The notes under the pieces are model-generated. The model saw only the letters and a list, made by a program, of their open reading frames with translations. It did no database searches and had not been told where the DNA came from. A program made the position numbers and the translations under genes. This document shows positions 1-10,600 of a stretch of 64,000 nt of DNA, piece after piece (positions within the stretch are counted from its first letter, which is position 1; every line of letters starts with the position of its first letter). Source of the DNA: an uncultured Planctomycetota bacterium (GTDB taxonomy: Bacteria > Planctomycetota > Planctomycetia > Gemmatales > Gemmataceae). Where the stretch lies: positions 384,001 through 448,000 of the forward strand of contig CAWKHF010000007.1 of assembly GCA_963849325.1 (NCBI GenBank), in the 5' to 3' direction.

Positions 1-1147
1 CGCCGTCGTCGAGCTGTATCTGCGTCGCGGCGTCCGACTCGTCGAGGCGTCAGCGTTTCTGGACCTGACTTTGCCGGTGGTGCGCTACCGGCTGCACGGC
101 ATCCGCCGTGACCCGTCGGGCCGGATCGTCACGCCCAACCGCGTCATCGTCAAGGTGTCGCGCGTCGAGGTGGCCTCGAAGTTTCTGGCCCCGCCGCCGG
201 AGCGCATGCTGCGCGAGCTGGTCGGCGAGGGCCATCTGACGGCGGAGCAGGCCGCGCTCGCCGCCCGCGTCCCGGTGGCCCGGGACGTGACCGCCGAGGC
301 CGACTCCGGCGGCCACACCGATAACCGGCCAGCCATCACCCTGGTGCCGACGCTGCTGGCCCTGCGCGATCGTCTGCAAGCGCAGTACGGTTTCGAGGAG
401 CCGTTGCGCGTCGGCGCCGCCGGCGGCATTGCCACGCCGGCCTCGGCCGCCGCCGCCTTCGCCATGGGGGCCGCCTACGTTCTGACCGGCTCCGTCAACC
501 AGGCTTGCGTCGAGTCGGGCAGCTCCGACCTGGTGCGCGAGATGCTCGCCCAGGCTGAGCAGGCCGACACCATCATGGCCCCCGCCGCCGACATGTTCGA
601 GATGGGCGTCAAGGTGCAGGTGCTCAAGCGCGGCACCATGTTCCCCATGCGCACCGCCAAGCTTTATGAGCTATACCGCGGCTATCCCAGCCTGGAAGCC
701 CTGCCCGACGCCGAGCGCACCTTCCTCGAAAAGAACCTGTTCCGCGCCCCGCTCGACGACATCTGGGCGCAGACACGCGCCTTCTTCCTCCAGCGTGATC
801 CGAGTCAGGTTCCGCGTGCCGAGGACGATCCGAAACATAAAATGGCCCTCGTGTTCCGCTGGTATCTCGGCCTATCGTCGCGCTGGGCCAACGCCGGGGA
901 GCCGGCGCGGCGGATGGATTACCAGGTGTGGTGCGGCCCGGCCATGGGCGCCTTCAACGAGTGGGCCAAGGGATCCTTCCTCGAAGCGGCGCGCAATCGC
1001 CGAGTCGTCACCGTCGCCTTCAATATCCTATACGGGGCGGCGGTGCTGCTGCGCTTGCAGACCCTGCGCGGACAGGGCTTTCCCCTGCACCGCGACGGGG
1101 CGCGCGTAACGCCGCTGGAGCTGGAAGTGCTTGAGACCCTAATTTGA
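1..1147 (+). CDS. pfaD: PfaD-family FMN-dependent enoyl reductase of PUFA synthase (5' end outside window)
   Basis: Frame open from base 2 (VEASAFLDLT...); motifs EADSGGHTDNRP, VGAAGGIATP, MAPAADMFEMG, YQVWCGPAMGAFN; directly upstream of pfaA. Confidence 0.93.
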   Translation, partial: AVVELYLRRGVRLVEASAFLDLTLPVVRYRLHGIRRDPSGRIVTPNRVIVKVSRVEVASKFLAPPPERMLRELVGEGHLTAEQAALAARVPVARDVTAEADSGGHTDNRPAITLVPTLLALRDRLQAQYGFEEPLRVGAAGGIATPASAAAAFAMGAAYVLTGSVNQACVESGSSDLVREMLAQAEQADTIMAPAADMFEMGVKVQVLKRGTMFPMRTAKLYELYRGYPSLEALPDAERTFLEKNLFRAPLDDIWAQTRAFFLQRDPSQVPRAEDDPKHKMALVFRWYLGLSSRWANAGEPARRMDYQVWCGPAMGAFNEWAKGSFLEAARNRRVVTVAFNILYGAAVLLRLQTLRGQGFPLHRDGARVTPLELEVLETLI

Positions 1148-1150
1148 ACT

Positions 1151-1292
1151 AACCACGGAGTCACAGAGAACACAGAGAAGAAAAGACGAGGTAGAGATTG
1201 CGGTGTACATATTTATAAATTTTTGAGCGCTGGCCCTGCGATCTTTCCCTCTCTGCGTGTCTTTTCTCTGTGTCCTCTGTGACTCTGTGGTT
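1151..1292. repeat. MITE/REP-like element with ~30-35 bp imperfect terminal inverted repeats and AT-rich core
   Basis: AACCACGGAGTCACAGAGAACACAGAGAAG at 1151 versus CTTTTCTCTGTGTCCTCTGTGACTCTGTGGTT ending 1292; fills the pfaD-pfaA gap. Confidence 0.75.
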
Positions 1293-1314
1293 AATTGCTT
1301 TTGAGGATGGCGGC

Positions 1315-4300
1315 TTGAACACGGCAGACGCGGCGAAACCTCTGGCGATCGTGGGCATCGGCTGTCTGTTCCCCGGCGCCGACAACGCGAGTGCGTACTG
1401 GGCGCGAATCCGCAACCGGGTCGATGCCATCACCGACGTACCGCCAAGCCACTGGCGGCCGGAGGATTACTACCACCCCGATCCGAAGGCCCCCGACCGC
1501 ATCTACACCGCGCGCGGCGGCTTTCTGCACGCCACGCCGTTCAACCCCGCTGCCTTTGGCATCGCTCCCAACAGCCTCGAAGCCACCGACACCGCCCAGT
1601 TGCTCGGTCTCGTCGTCGCCCAGCAGGCGCTGGCCGACGCCGGCTACGGCGAGGAGCGGTCGTTCGACAAAAGCCGTGTCTCGGTCATCCTCGGCGTCAC
1701 CGGCACCCTGGAGTTGGTGATCCCCCTGGGGGCACGCCTGGGGCACCCGATCTGGCGCCGCGCTCTCCGTGAGGCCGGCGTCGCCGAGGAGGTCGCCGAC
1801 GACGTGGTGCAGCGCATCGGCGACGCCTACGTCGGTTGGCAGGAGAACTCCTTCCCCGGCCTGCTCGGCAACGTCGTGGCCGGACGCATCGCCAACCGCT
1901 TCGACCTCGGCGGAACCAACTGCGTCGTCGATGCCGCCTGCGCCTCGTCGCTGAGTGCTCTCCACCTGGCCTGCCTGGAGCTGACCGCGGGCCGCGCCGA
2001 CATGGTGCTGACCGGCGGCGTCGATACGTTCAACGATATTTTCATGTATATGTGTTTCAGCAAGACGCCGGCCCTGTCGCCGACGGGTGACGCCCGACCG
2101 TTCGACGCCTCGGCCGACGGAACCATCCTCGGCGAGGGGCTGGGCATGGTCGTACTGAAACGCCTGGAGGATGCCCGCCGCGACGGCGATCGCATTTACG
2201 CGCGTGCTGCGCGGCCTTGGCTCGTCCAGCGATGGCCGGGGCAATGCCATCTACGCCCCGCGCGCCGCCGGACAGGTCGAGGCACTGCGCAAGGCGTACC
2301 GCGTGTCCGGCGTCACGCCCGATACGATCGAGCTGGTCGAGGCGCATGGCACCGGAACGCGCGTCGGCGACGCCACCGAGGCGGCGGCCTTGACCGAGGT
2401 TTACCGCGAGGCGGGACGCGAGGGACGGTGGTGTGCGCTGGGTTCGGTCAAATCGCAGATCGGCCACACCAAGGCGGCGGCGGGCGTCGCTGGTCTCATC
2501 AAGGCCGTGGCCGCTCTGCATCACAAGGTACTGCCACCGACGATCAAGGTCCAGCAGCCGGCCGAACCGCTGCAGGCCGGCGACAGCCCCTTCTATGTCA
2601 ACACGGAAGCCCGGCCGTGGATGCCATCGCCGTCGCACCCGCGCCGTGCCGCCGTCAGCGCCTTCGGCTTCGGCGGCAGTAACTTCCATTGCATCCTCGA
2701 AGAAGCCGGCCCGCACAAGGAAACGATCGACTGGGACGGCGATACGCAAATCCTCGCCTTCACCGGGGCCAGTCCAGCGGCGCTGGAACAGCAGTTGACC
2801 GAGTGGCCGGCGAACCTCGAATGGCCGGCATTCCGCGCTCACGCTGCCGAGACGCGGCGTCGCTGGGATGCGGGTGCCGCTTGTCGTCTGCTTCTCGTCG
2901 TCCCGCGCGACCGCACGGATTTATCGCACCTGCTGGAGCAAGCCCGCTCTCTACTGCGCAGTCAGGGCGAGAAGACGGCCTTTCGCAGTCCCGAGGGGAT
3001 TTTCTTCGGTCGCGGCCCCCGCGCGGGCAAGCTGGTCGTCCTCTTTCCGGGACAGGGGGCGCAGTACCCCGGCATGTTGCGCGATCTGGCCTGCCAGTTC
3101 CCGGCCTTGCACGACACACTGGCGCAGGCATGTCAGTCCGAAACGGAGAAAAGATACTTAATCGACCGTGTTTATCCACTTGTTTCCTTCACGGCTGAGG
3201 ACCGCCGCGCCAACGAGGACGCTTTGCGGGCGACCGAGGTAGCCCAGCCGGCGCTGGGGGCCGTCTCGTTGGGTGCCTGGCGCATCCTCGAACAATTCGG
3301 CGTCCGGGCGGACGCCGCCGCCGGGCACAGTTACGGCGAGTTGACCGCCCTGTGTGCCGCCGGACGCCTGAAGCCGGATGAGTTCTTCCGCCTCTCGCGG
3401 CTGCGCGGCCGGCTCATGGCCGACGCGGCCGGCGACGGCGGGGCCATGCTCGCCGTGCAGGCGACGCCCGAGTCCATCGCCGAGGTGCTCCGCGACGAAA
3501 AAATCGATGTCGTGTTGGCCAACAAGAACGCCCCACGGCAGACCGTGCTGTCGGGACGCACGGCCGACATCGAGCGTGCGGCGGCCGCTTTCGCGGCCCG
3601 ACAGATCCGTACCCAGCGCTTGAGCGTGTCGGCGGCGTTTCACAGCCCGCTCGTCGCCGCCGCCGCGGAGCCGTTCCGCGCTGCCCTCGAACAGGTCGCG
3701 TTTCATCCCGGCACCATGCCTGTCTTCGCCAACAGCACGGCGGAACCGTACCCCGATAACGACGCCGCGGCCCGCGATCGGCTTGCCGGACAACTGGCCC
3801 GGCCTGTCGAGTTCGTCCACGAAATCGAGCGCCTTCACGAAGCCGGCGTCCGCACCTTCCTCGAAGTCGGGCCGGGCCATCGCCTGACGGGCCTGGTCTC
3901 CGCGATCCTGCAAGACCGCGAACACGAGACCCTGGCACTGGACGCTTCCAATGGCCAGCGCTCGGGCACTTATGACCTGGCCTGCTGTCTGTCCGCCCTG
4001 GCCGCCCTGGGACACGACGTCCGTCTGGCGGCCTGGGATGCGGGCGTCCCACTGCCGCAAACGCCTTCCGAGCCGCGCAAGCAAGCCCTGCTGGTGCCCC
4101 TGTACGGGGCCAATTACGTCAAGCCAAAGCCAAAACGCCCGCCAAGTGAAACGCCGGCAACCGAGTCTCGACCCTTACCGAACGGAATTCCCAACCCGAC
4201 GATGAACGGACCCCACCCTCACGCCGCAGACCCCACTCCGGCCGCGCCTCCCGTGGACGGCACGGCTCTTGCCCAGGCCCTGCACCTGACGCGCGACAGC

Positions 4301-7300
4301 CTCGCCGCTCTGCAACGCATGCAGGACCAGACGGCGCAACTGCACCGCCAATTCCTCGACGGGCAGGACGCCGCCCAGCGCACCGTGCAATTGCTGGTCG
4401 AGCAGCAACAGCGTCTCCTGCAAGCCTCGCTCGGCCTGCCGGTCGGCCCCGCTTCGGCGCCGGCGCCGCTGCCTGCCGCGCGACCGGAACCGCCGCTCGC
4501 CGCACCCGTCACGAACCAGCCCGTAGGGTGGGCCGAGCCTGCGAGGCCCACCATGCTTCCGCCGGTGGGCCTCGCAAGCTCGGCCCACCCTACGCCTCCG
4601 ATTCCGCAACCCTCCCCGGTCTCGAATCAGCACATCGAGAGTATCTTGCTGGAGGTGATCGCGGAGAAGACGGGCTATCCGGCGGAGATGCTGGAGCTGG
4701 ACATGGCCCTGGATGCCGACCTGGGCATCGACTCGATCAAGCGTGTCGAGATTCTGTCGGCCTTGCAAGAGCGCCTGCCGCAAGCCCCGCTCATCAAGCC
4801 CGAGCACCTCGGCACTCTGCACAACCTCCGGCAAATCGCCGCCTTCCTCGCCGGAGCCAATGCGGCTGCGACAGCTCCCTCAGCCTCGGCCCCTCTCCCC
4901 CGAAGCGGAGGTGAAGGGAGCGAAACGGTAAGCTCTCGCTCGCTGAATGAGGAGCAAGTTCGCACGGTCCTCCTCGAAGTGATCGCGGAGAAGACAGGCT
5001 ATCCGGCGGAGATGCTGGAGCTGGACATGGCCCTGGACGCCGACCTGGGCATCGACTCGATCAAGCGCGTCGAGATCCTGTCGGCCTTGCAAGAGCGTCT
5101 GCCGCAAGCCCCACTCATCAAGCCCGAGCACCTCGGCACCTTGCACAACCTCCGGCAAATCGCCGCCTTCCTCGCCGGAGCCGGTGCGGCCAACGGAAAC
5201 GTCGAGAAGCCGGCCCCCGTGCAAGCGAAACAACAGATCGAAACGCCCGCCACGCCGGCCCGGCCCACGACAAGCGGCACTGTCGAAAGGAGCGTCCTGC
5301 GCGCGGTCTCGCTGGCGAATGCGTCCTCCCGGCAGCCGATTCGCTTGCAAACCGGGGCGGAAATCTGGGTGGCGACTGACGATACCGAGTTCGCCGAGGC
5401 GTTGGATCAGCGCTTGCGAACGCAGGGTTATCGACCGCGCCGCGTGTCGGTCGCGGCGCTCGCGGAACAGGAACGACCGGCGACGCTCGGCGGTTTGGTG
5501 ATCCTGGCACCTTCGCGGCAGGCGGATGATGCCTTTTTGAAACACGCTCTGTTCGGCTTGCGGCATGTCGCCTCTGCCTTGCGCCTGCCGGCCGGCAGGG
5601 CGGCGCCGTGTTCGCCACCCTCTCGCGCCTCGACGGCGCCTTTGGCCTGCTCGGTCTGGACAGCGGGCGCGATCCCCTCGATGGCGGTCTGGCCGGTCTG
5701 ACCAAGACGGCCGGACACGAATGGCCCGAGGTCCACTGCAAAGCCCTCGATCTGGCCGACGATTTCGCCGGCACCGACGAGGCCGCGGCTGCGGTCGTTG
5801 AGGAAATGTTTGTGTCTGGCCCCATCGAGGTGGGAATTTCGCGGACGCAGCGGCGCACCCTGGAGCATGTCGTGGAACCGCTGCGAACGGCCGCGAACAG
5901 CCCGTTCCAGCCCGGCGACCTCCTCGTACTGTCCGGCGGAGCGCGCGGCGTGACGGCCGAGGTCGCCGTGGCCCTGGCGCGGGCGTTTCGGCCCACGCTC
6001 GTCCTGCTGGGCCGCACGCCGGCGCCCGAGCCGGAACCCGCCTGGCTCGTCGCCCTGACCAGCGAGTCCGACATCAAGCGCGAACTCGGCAGCCGCGCCA
6101 ACGGCGATGCCTCGGTCAAGCGGATCGGCGAACAGTATCGCCTCGTGTCCGCCCAGCGCGAGATTCGACAGACGCTGGCTCGCATCGAGGAGGCCGGCGC
6201 TCGCGCTCTCTACCGCGCCGTGGACATCCGCGACGCCAACGCGGTCGCCGCCGTACTGACATCCCTATGTCACGAATTGGACGCACCCGTTCGCGGCCTC
6301 GTCCACGGCGCGGGCGTCCTGGCGGATGCCCGCATCGAGGACAAGACGCCCGAGCAGTTCGAGCGCGTCTACGGCACCAAGGTTGCCGGTCTGCGTTCGC
6401 TCCTGCGGGCAGTCGAGCCGGACGAGTTGCGCGCTCTCGTGTTGTTTTCGTCCTCGACGGGACGGTTCGGCCGCACGGGACAGGTCGATTACGCCATCGC
6501 CAACGAGGTGCTGAACAAGCTGGCCCGGCAGCAAGCGCGGCGGCTGCCGCGTTGCCGCGTCGTCGCCGTCAACTGGGGTCCGTGGGACGGCGGCATGGTG
6601 ACGCCCGCCCTCAAGAAGGTCTTCGAGCAGGAAGGCATCGGCCTCATCCCGTTAGAAGCCGGCGCCGATTATCTCGTTGAGGAGCTGCGTTCGCCGCCCG
6701 GCGATGCCGTGGAGGTCGTCGTCCTCGCCGTTGGCTCCACTCGTAGGTCCGGCGAGCCGAGCGGCACGGGAGTCCGGCTCGGCTCACCGGACCTACCGTC
6801 GTCGCTGCCGAACGCCTTCGAGCGTGTCCTGGATCGGGCGACGCATCCGGTGCTGGAATCGCACGTTCTCGATGGCCGTCCGGTGCTGCCGACGGTGCTG
6901 ATCCTCGAATGGTTGGCCCACGGCGCCCTGCATCAAAACCCCGGCCTGGTGTTCCACGGCTGCGACGACCTGCGCATTCTGCACGGCGTCATCCTCGATG
7001 GCGACACAGCGCCGATCCTGCGCGTCGGTGCCGGCAAGGCCGTCAAGCGCGAGGGCTTCTTCGTCGCCCCCGTGGAGCTGCGCGGCGTGCGCCGGATGGC
7101 CGCGAAGTGCTGCACGCCCGCGCCGAGATCGTGCTGGCGACCCAGTTGCCCCCCGCGCCGGCCGCTGCATCTGCCCCATCTTGTCGGCCTTACCCACGCT
7201 TGCCGGAGGAGGTCTACCAGGAGCTTCTCTTCCACGGTCCCGACCTGCACGGACTTGAGCACGTCGAGGGCTGCGGCGAACGTGGCATCATCGCTCGGGT

Positions 7301-7669
7301 GCGCAGCGCTCCGCCGCCGGCCGAGTGGATCGCATCGACCGCTGCGGCAGCGCTGGCTGGCCGATCCGCTGGTTCTCGATTGCAGCTTTCAGATGATGGT
7401 CGTCTGGAGCCAGGAGCGGCACGGCGCCCCGTCGCTGCCCTGCCACATTGCCCGCTATCGCCAGTATCAGCGCAGCTTTCCCGCCAGCCGGCGTCCGCGT
7501 CGCCGTGCGCGTGACGCGCGACAGCGACCTGCACGCCCTGGCCGACATCGACTACCTCGACGAGCAGGGCCGGCTCGTCGCCCGGCTGGAAGGATACGAG
7601 TGCGTCATCGATCCGGCCCTGCGCCGGGCCTTCGGCCGCCATCCTCTCACCTCCGCCACCGCATCCTGA
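1315..7669 (+). CDS. pfaA: PfaA-like iterative type I PKS/PUFA synthase subunit (KS-MAT-ACP-ACP-KR-DH); about 5 frameshifts (~2205, 5590, 7095, 7335, 7490)
   Basis: TTG start after GAGGA; KS DAACASS/EAHGTGT/IGHTKAAAG; MAT GHSYGE/AFHS; two LGIDSI ACPs; KR GGARGVT...DYAIANE; DH ESHVLDGRPVLP. Joined from ORFs 1270, 2171, 5608, 6909, 7448. Confidence 0.9.
4522..4594. repeat. GTAG-type REP-like palindrome inside pfaA (MAT-ACP linker)
   Basis: 31-bp arms CGTAGGGTGGGCCGAGCCTGCGAGGCCCACC / GGTGGGCCTCGCAAGCTCGGCCCACCCTACG, 1 mismatch; read in frame as VGWAEPARPTMLPPVGLASSAHPT. Confidence 0.9.
4655..5182 (+). repeat. Tandem duplicated ACP domains (4655-4858 and 4979-5182, 324-bp offset)
   Basis: Identical peptide VIAEKTGYPAEMLELDMALDADLGIDSIKRVEILSALQERLPQAPLIKPEHLGTLHNLRQIAAFLAGA; only synonymous differences. 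Confidence 0.95.
4877..4918. repeat. Degenerate CCCCTCTCCCCCGAAGCGGGGGAGAGGGG-family REP inside pfaA (ACP1-ACP2 linker)
   Basis: CCCCTCTCCCCCGAAGCGGAGGTGAAGGG resembles the right arm of 9080-9178; encodes PLPRSGGEG. Confidence 0.7.
6743..6796. repeat. GTAG-type REP-like palindrome inside pfaA (KR-DH linker)
   Basis: GTAGGTCCGGCGAGCCGAGC ... GCTCGGCTCACCGGACCTAC; in frame RSGEPSGTGVRLGSPDL. Confidence 0.85.
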
Positions 7670-7684
7670 ACGGAGCCATCGCGC

Positions 7685-10600
7685 ATGGGCGTCGAGTCCC
7701 CAAAAACGCCGTCGTCCTCGCCGCATGGGGAGGGCGGCCGGATCGCCATCGTGGCGATGGGCGGACGGTTCCCCTCGGCCGCGAACCCCGAGCGCCTGTG
7801 GGCAGCACATCCTCGCCGGCGCGGATGCGGCCCGGGAAGTGCCGCCCGGCCGCTGGCTGCTCGACCCGCGCGACGCTTACGACCCCGCCATCGCGCGCCC
7901 CGACCGCGTCTACTCGCTGCGCGGCTGTTTCCTCGACGAAATTCCGCTGCGATGTCTCGGAGTTCGACCTACCCGCCGACCTGCTGGCGCAGCTCGATCC
8001 GGTCTTTCACCTGGCCCTGCACGCCGGCCGACAGGCGTTCGCATCCGGCGTGACGCGCCGCCTCGACCGCCGCCGCGTCGGCGTCATCCTCGGCAACATC
8101 GCCCTGCCGACCGAGCGCGTCTCGGCCCTGGCTCGTGCCTACCTCGGCCGCACCTTCGCCGAAAAAATCGCGGACCCTGGCGGTGCCGGCAGACGTGCCC
8201 TCGCCGCTGAATCGTCACGTCCCCGGCCTCGTCGCCGCGATGCTGGCCCGCGCCCTCGGTCTGGGCGGCGGCAGCTACACGCTCGACGCGGCCTGTGCCT
8301 CGTCGCTGTACGCCTTGAAGCTGGCCGTGGACGAACTGCGGGCCGGCCGTGCCGACGCCATGCTGGCCGGCGGCGTGTCGCGCCCCGACTGCCTGTACAC
8401 GCAGATGGGCTTCTCGCAGCTCCGCGCCCTGTCGCCGAGCGGCCGCTGTAGTCCGTTCGACGCCCGCGCCGACGGCCTGGTGGTCGGCGAGGGCGCCGGC
8501 GTCTTCCTGCTCAAGCGTCTGCGAAGACGCCTTGCGCGACGGCGACCGCATCCTGGCCGTGATCGCCGGCATCGGCCTGTCCAACGACGTGGGCGGCAAT
8601 CTGCTGGCCCCCAACAGCGAGGGCCAGCTGCGGGCCATGCGCGCCGCCTACCGCGAGGCCGGCTGGATGCCGGCCGACGTCGATCTCATCGAGTGCCACG
8701 CCACCGGCACGCCGGTCGGCGATGCCGTCGAGTTCCAGAGCCTGCGGGCGCTGTGGGGCAACGAACGGCTGGCGGCCCGGCCAGTGCGTCGATCGGCTCG
8801 GTGAAATCGACCGTGGGCCACCTGCTGACGGCCGCCGGCGCGGCCGGCGTCGTCAAGGTGCTGTCCGCCTTGGAGGCGCAGGTGCTGCCGCCGACCGCCA
8901 ACTTCACGACCGCCGGCGCCGGGACTGGATTTCGAGGCCTCGCCCTTCCGCATCCTCCAGCGCGGCCGAGCCGTGGCAGCGCCGCGACGAGCGGGTGCCG
9001 CGCCGCGCCGCCGTCAGCGCCTTCGGCTTCGGCGGCATCAACGCGCATCTGCTGCTGGAAGAGTGGCTGCCGGCGTGCACTCCCCTCTCCCCCGCTTCGG
9101 GGGAGAGGGGTAGGGGGTGAGGGGGCGACCCACCCCCTCACCCCCTACCCCTCTCCCCCGAAGCGGGGGAGAGGGGAGCAAACGCCACCCGTCGCCATCG
9201 TCGGCATGGCCGCCCATTTCGGTCCCTGGAAATCGCTCCGCGCCTTTCAGCATCGCGTCCTCGGTGGTGACAGTGTCATGTCACCATCTCTACCGCGTCA
9301 CTGGTGGGGCGTCCCGGACAGCGCTTGGTTCCGCGAGCAGGGATTGGACGTGCGTTCCTTCGCCGGCTGGTACGTCGGTTCGGAAGCAACGGTCCACGCC
9401 GACCGTTTCCGCATCCCGCCGCGCGAGCTGCAAGAGACGCTGCCGCAGCAGTTGCTCATGCTGCAAGTAGCTGCCGAGGCCATCGACGCGGCGGGTTTGC
9501 CCGAGGAGCAGCGGCCGCACACCGGCGTCTTCATCGGCATCGGCCTCGACCTGAACACCACCAATTTCCATTTTCGCTGGTCGCTGGCGACCGGCCCTGC
9601 GCGACGCCGCCGGGCCGCCCTTGACCGCCAACCGGACGATGGGATCGCTCGGCAGCATCGTCGCCAGCCGCATCGCCCGCGAGTTCCACCTGGGCGGACC
9701 GAGCTTCACGATCAGCAGCGAGGAGAGCTCCGGACTGCGCGCCCTGGAGATCGCCGTGCGATGCCCTGCAGCGCGGCGAGATCGACCAGGCCGTCGTCGG
9801 CGCCGTCGATCTGGCCGGCGACGTCCGGGCCGTGCTCGCCGCCCACCAGCACCGACCCTTCTCCGCCTCCGGCCGCGCCTGTCCCTTCGACGCCGCTGCC
9901 GACGGCCCGCTGCCCGGCGAGGGGGCGGCCGCCGTCGTCCTCAAGCGCCTGGACGACGCCGTGCGCGACGGCGACACCATCCACGCTGTCATCCGTGGCA
10001 TCGGCGTCGCCGGCGGCGACCGCCGGACGTCCGACCGCCTACCAGGCTGCCCTCCGCCGCGGCTACGATGAGGCCGGCGTCGATCCCGCCTCGGTCTCCT
10101 ACGTCGAGACGCACGGCAGCGGCCACCCTGCCGAGGACGACGCGGAAGCGCAGGCCCTCGCCTCGTTCTTCGGCGCACACCCAGGGCCGCACCCCCTGGT
10201 ACTGGGCAGCGTCAAGGCCGACGTCGGCCACGCCGGCGCTGCGGCCGGCTTCGCCTCGCTCGTCAAAGCGTGCCTGTGCCTTGACCAGCAAATCCTGCCG
10301 CCGCTGCGCCATTTTGCACAAGAGCGGGCCGAATTATCGCAGGAATCCGGTCGCTTCCTCTTGCCGCGCAGCGCCGCAATACTGGCTGCGCGACCGCGCC
10401 GCCGGGCCGCGGCGCGCCGGGCGTCAGCGCCCTCGGCGTGGACGGCAACTGCGTCCACGTCGTCCTCGAAGCCTGGGAACCGGCTGCCTGCGCCGATCGA
10501 CCGGACCGTCTGCACCCGCTCGGCCGGCACACCGAGGCGCTGTTCGCGATCGAGGGCCGCGACGCCGGCGCGCTGATCGACGGCCTGGGCCGCTTACGCG

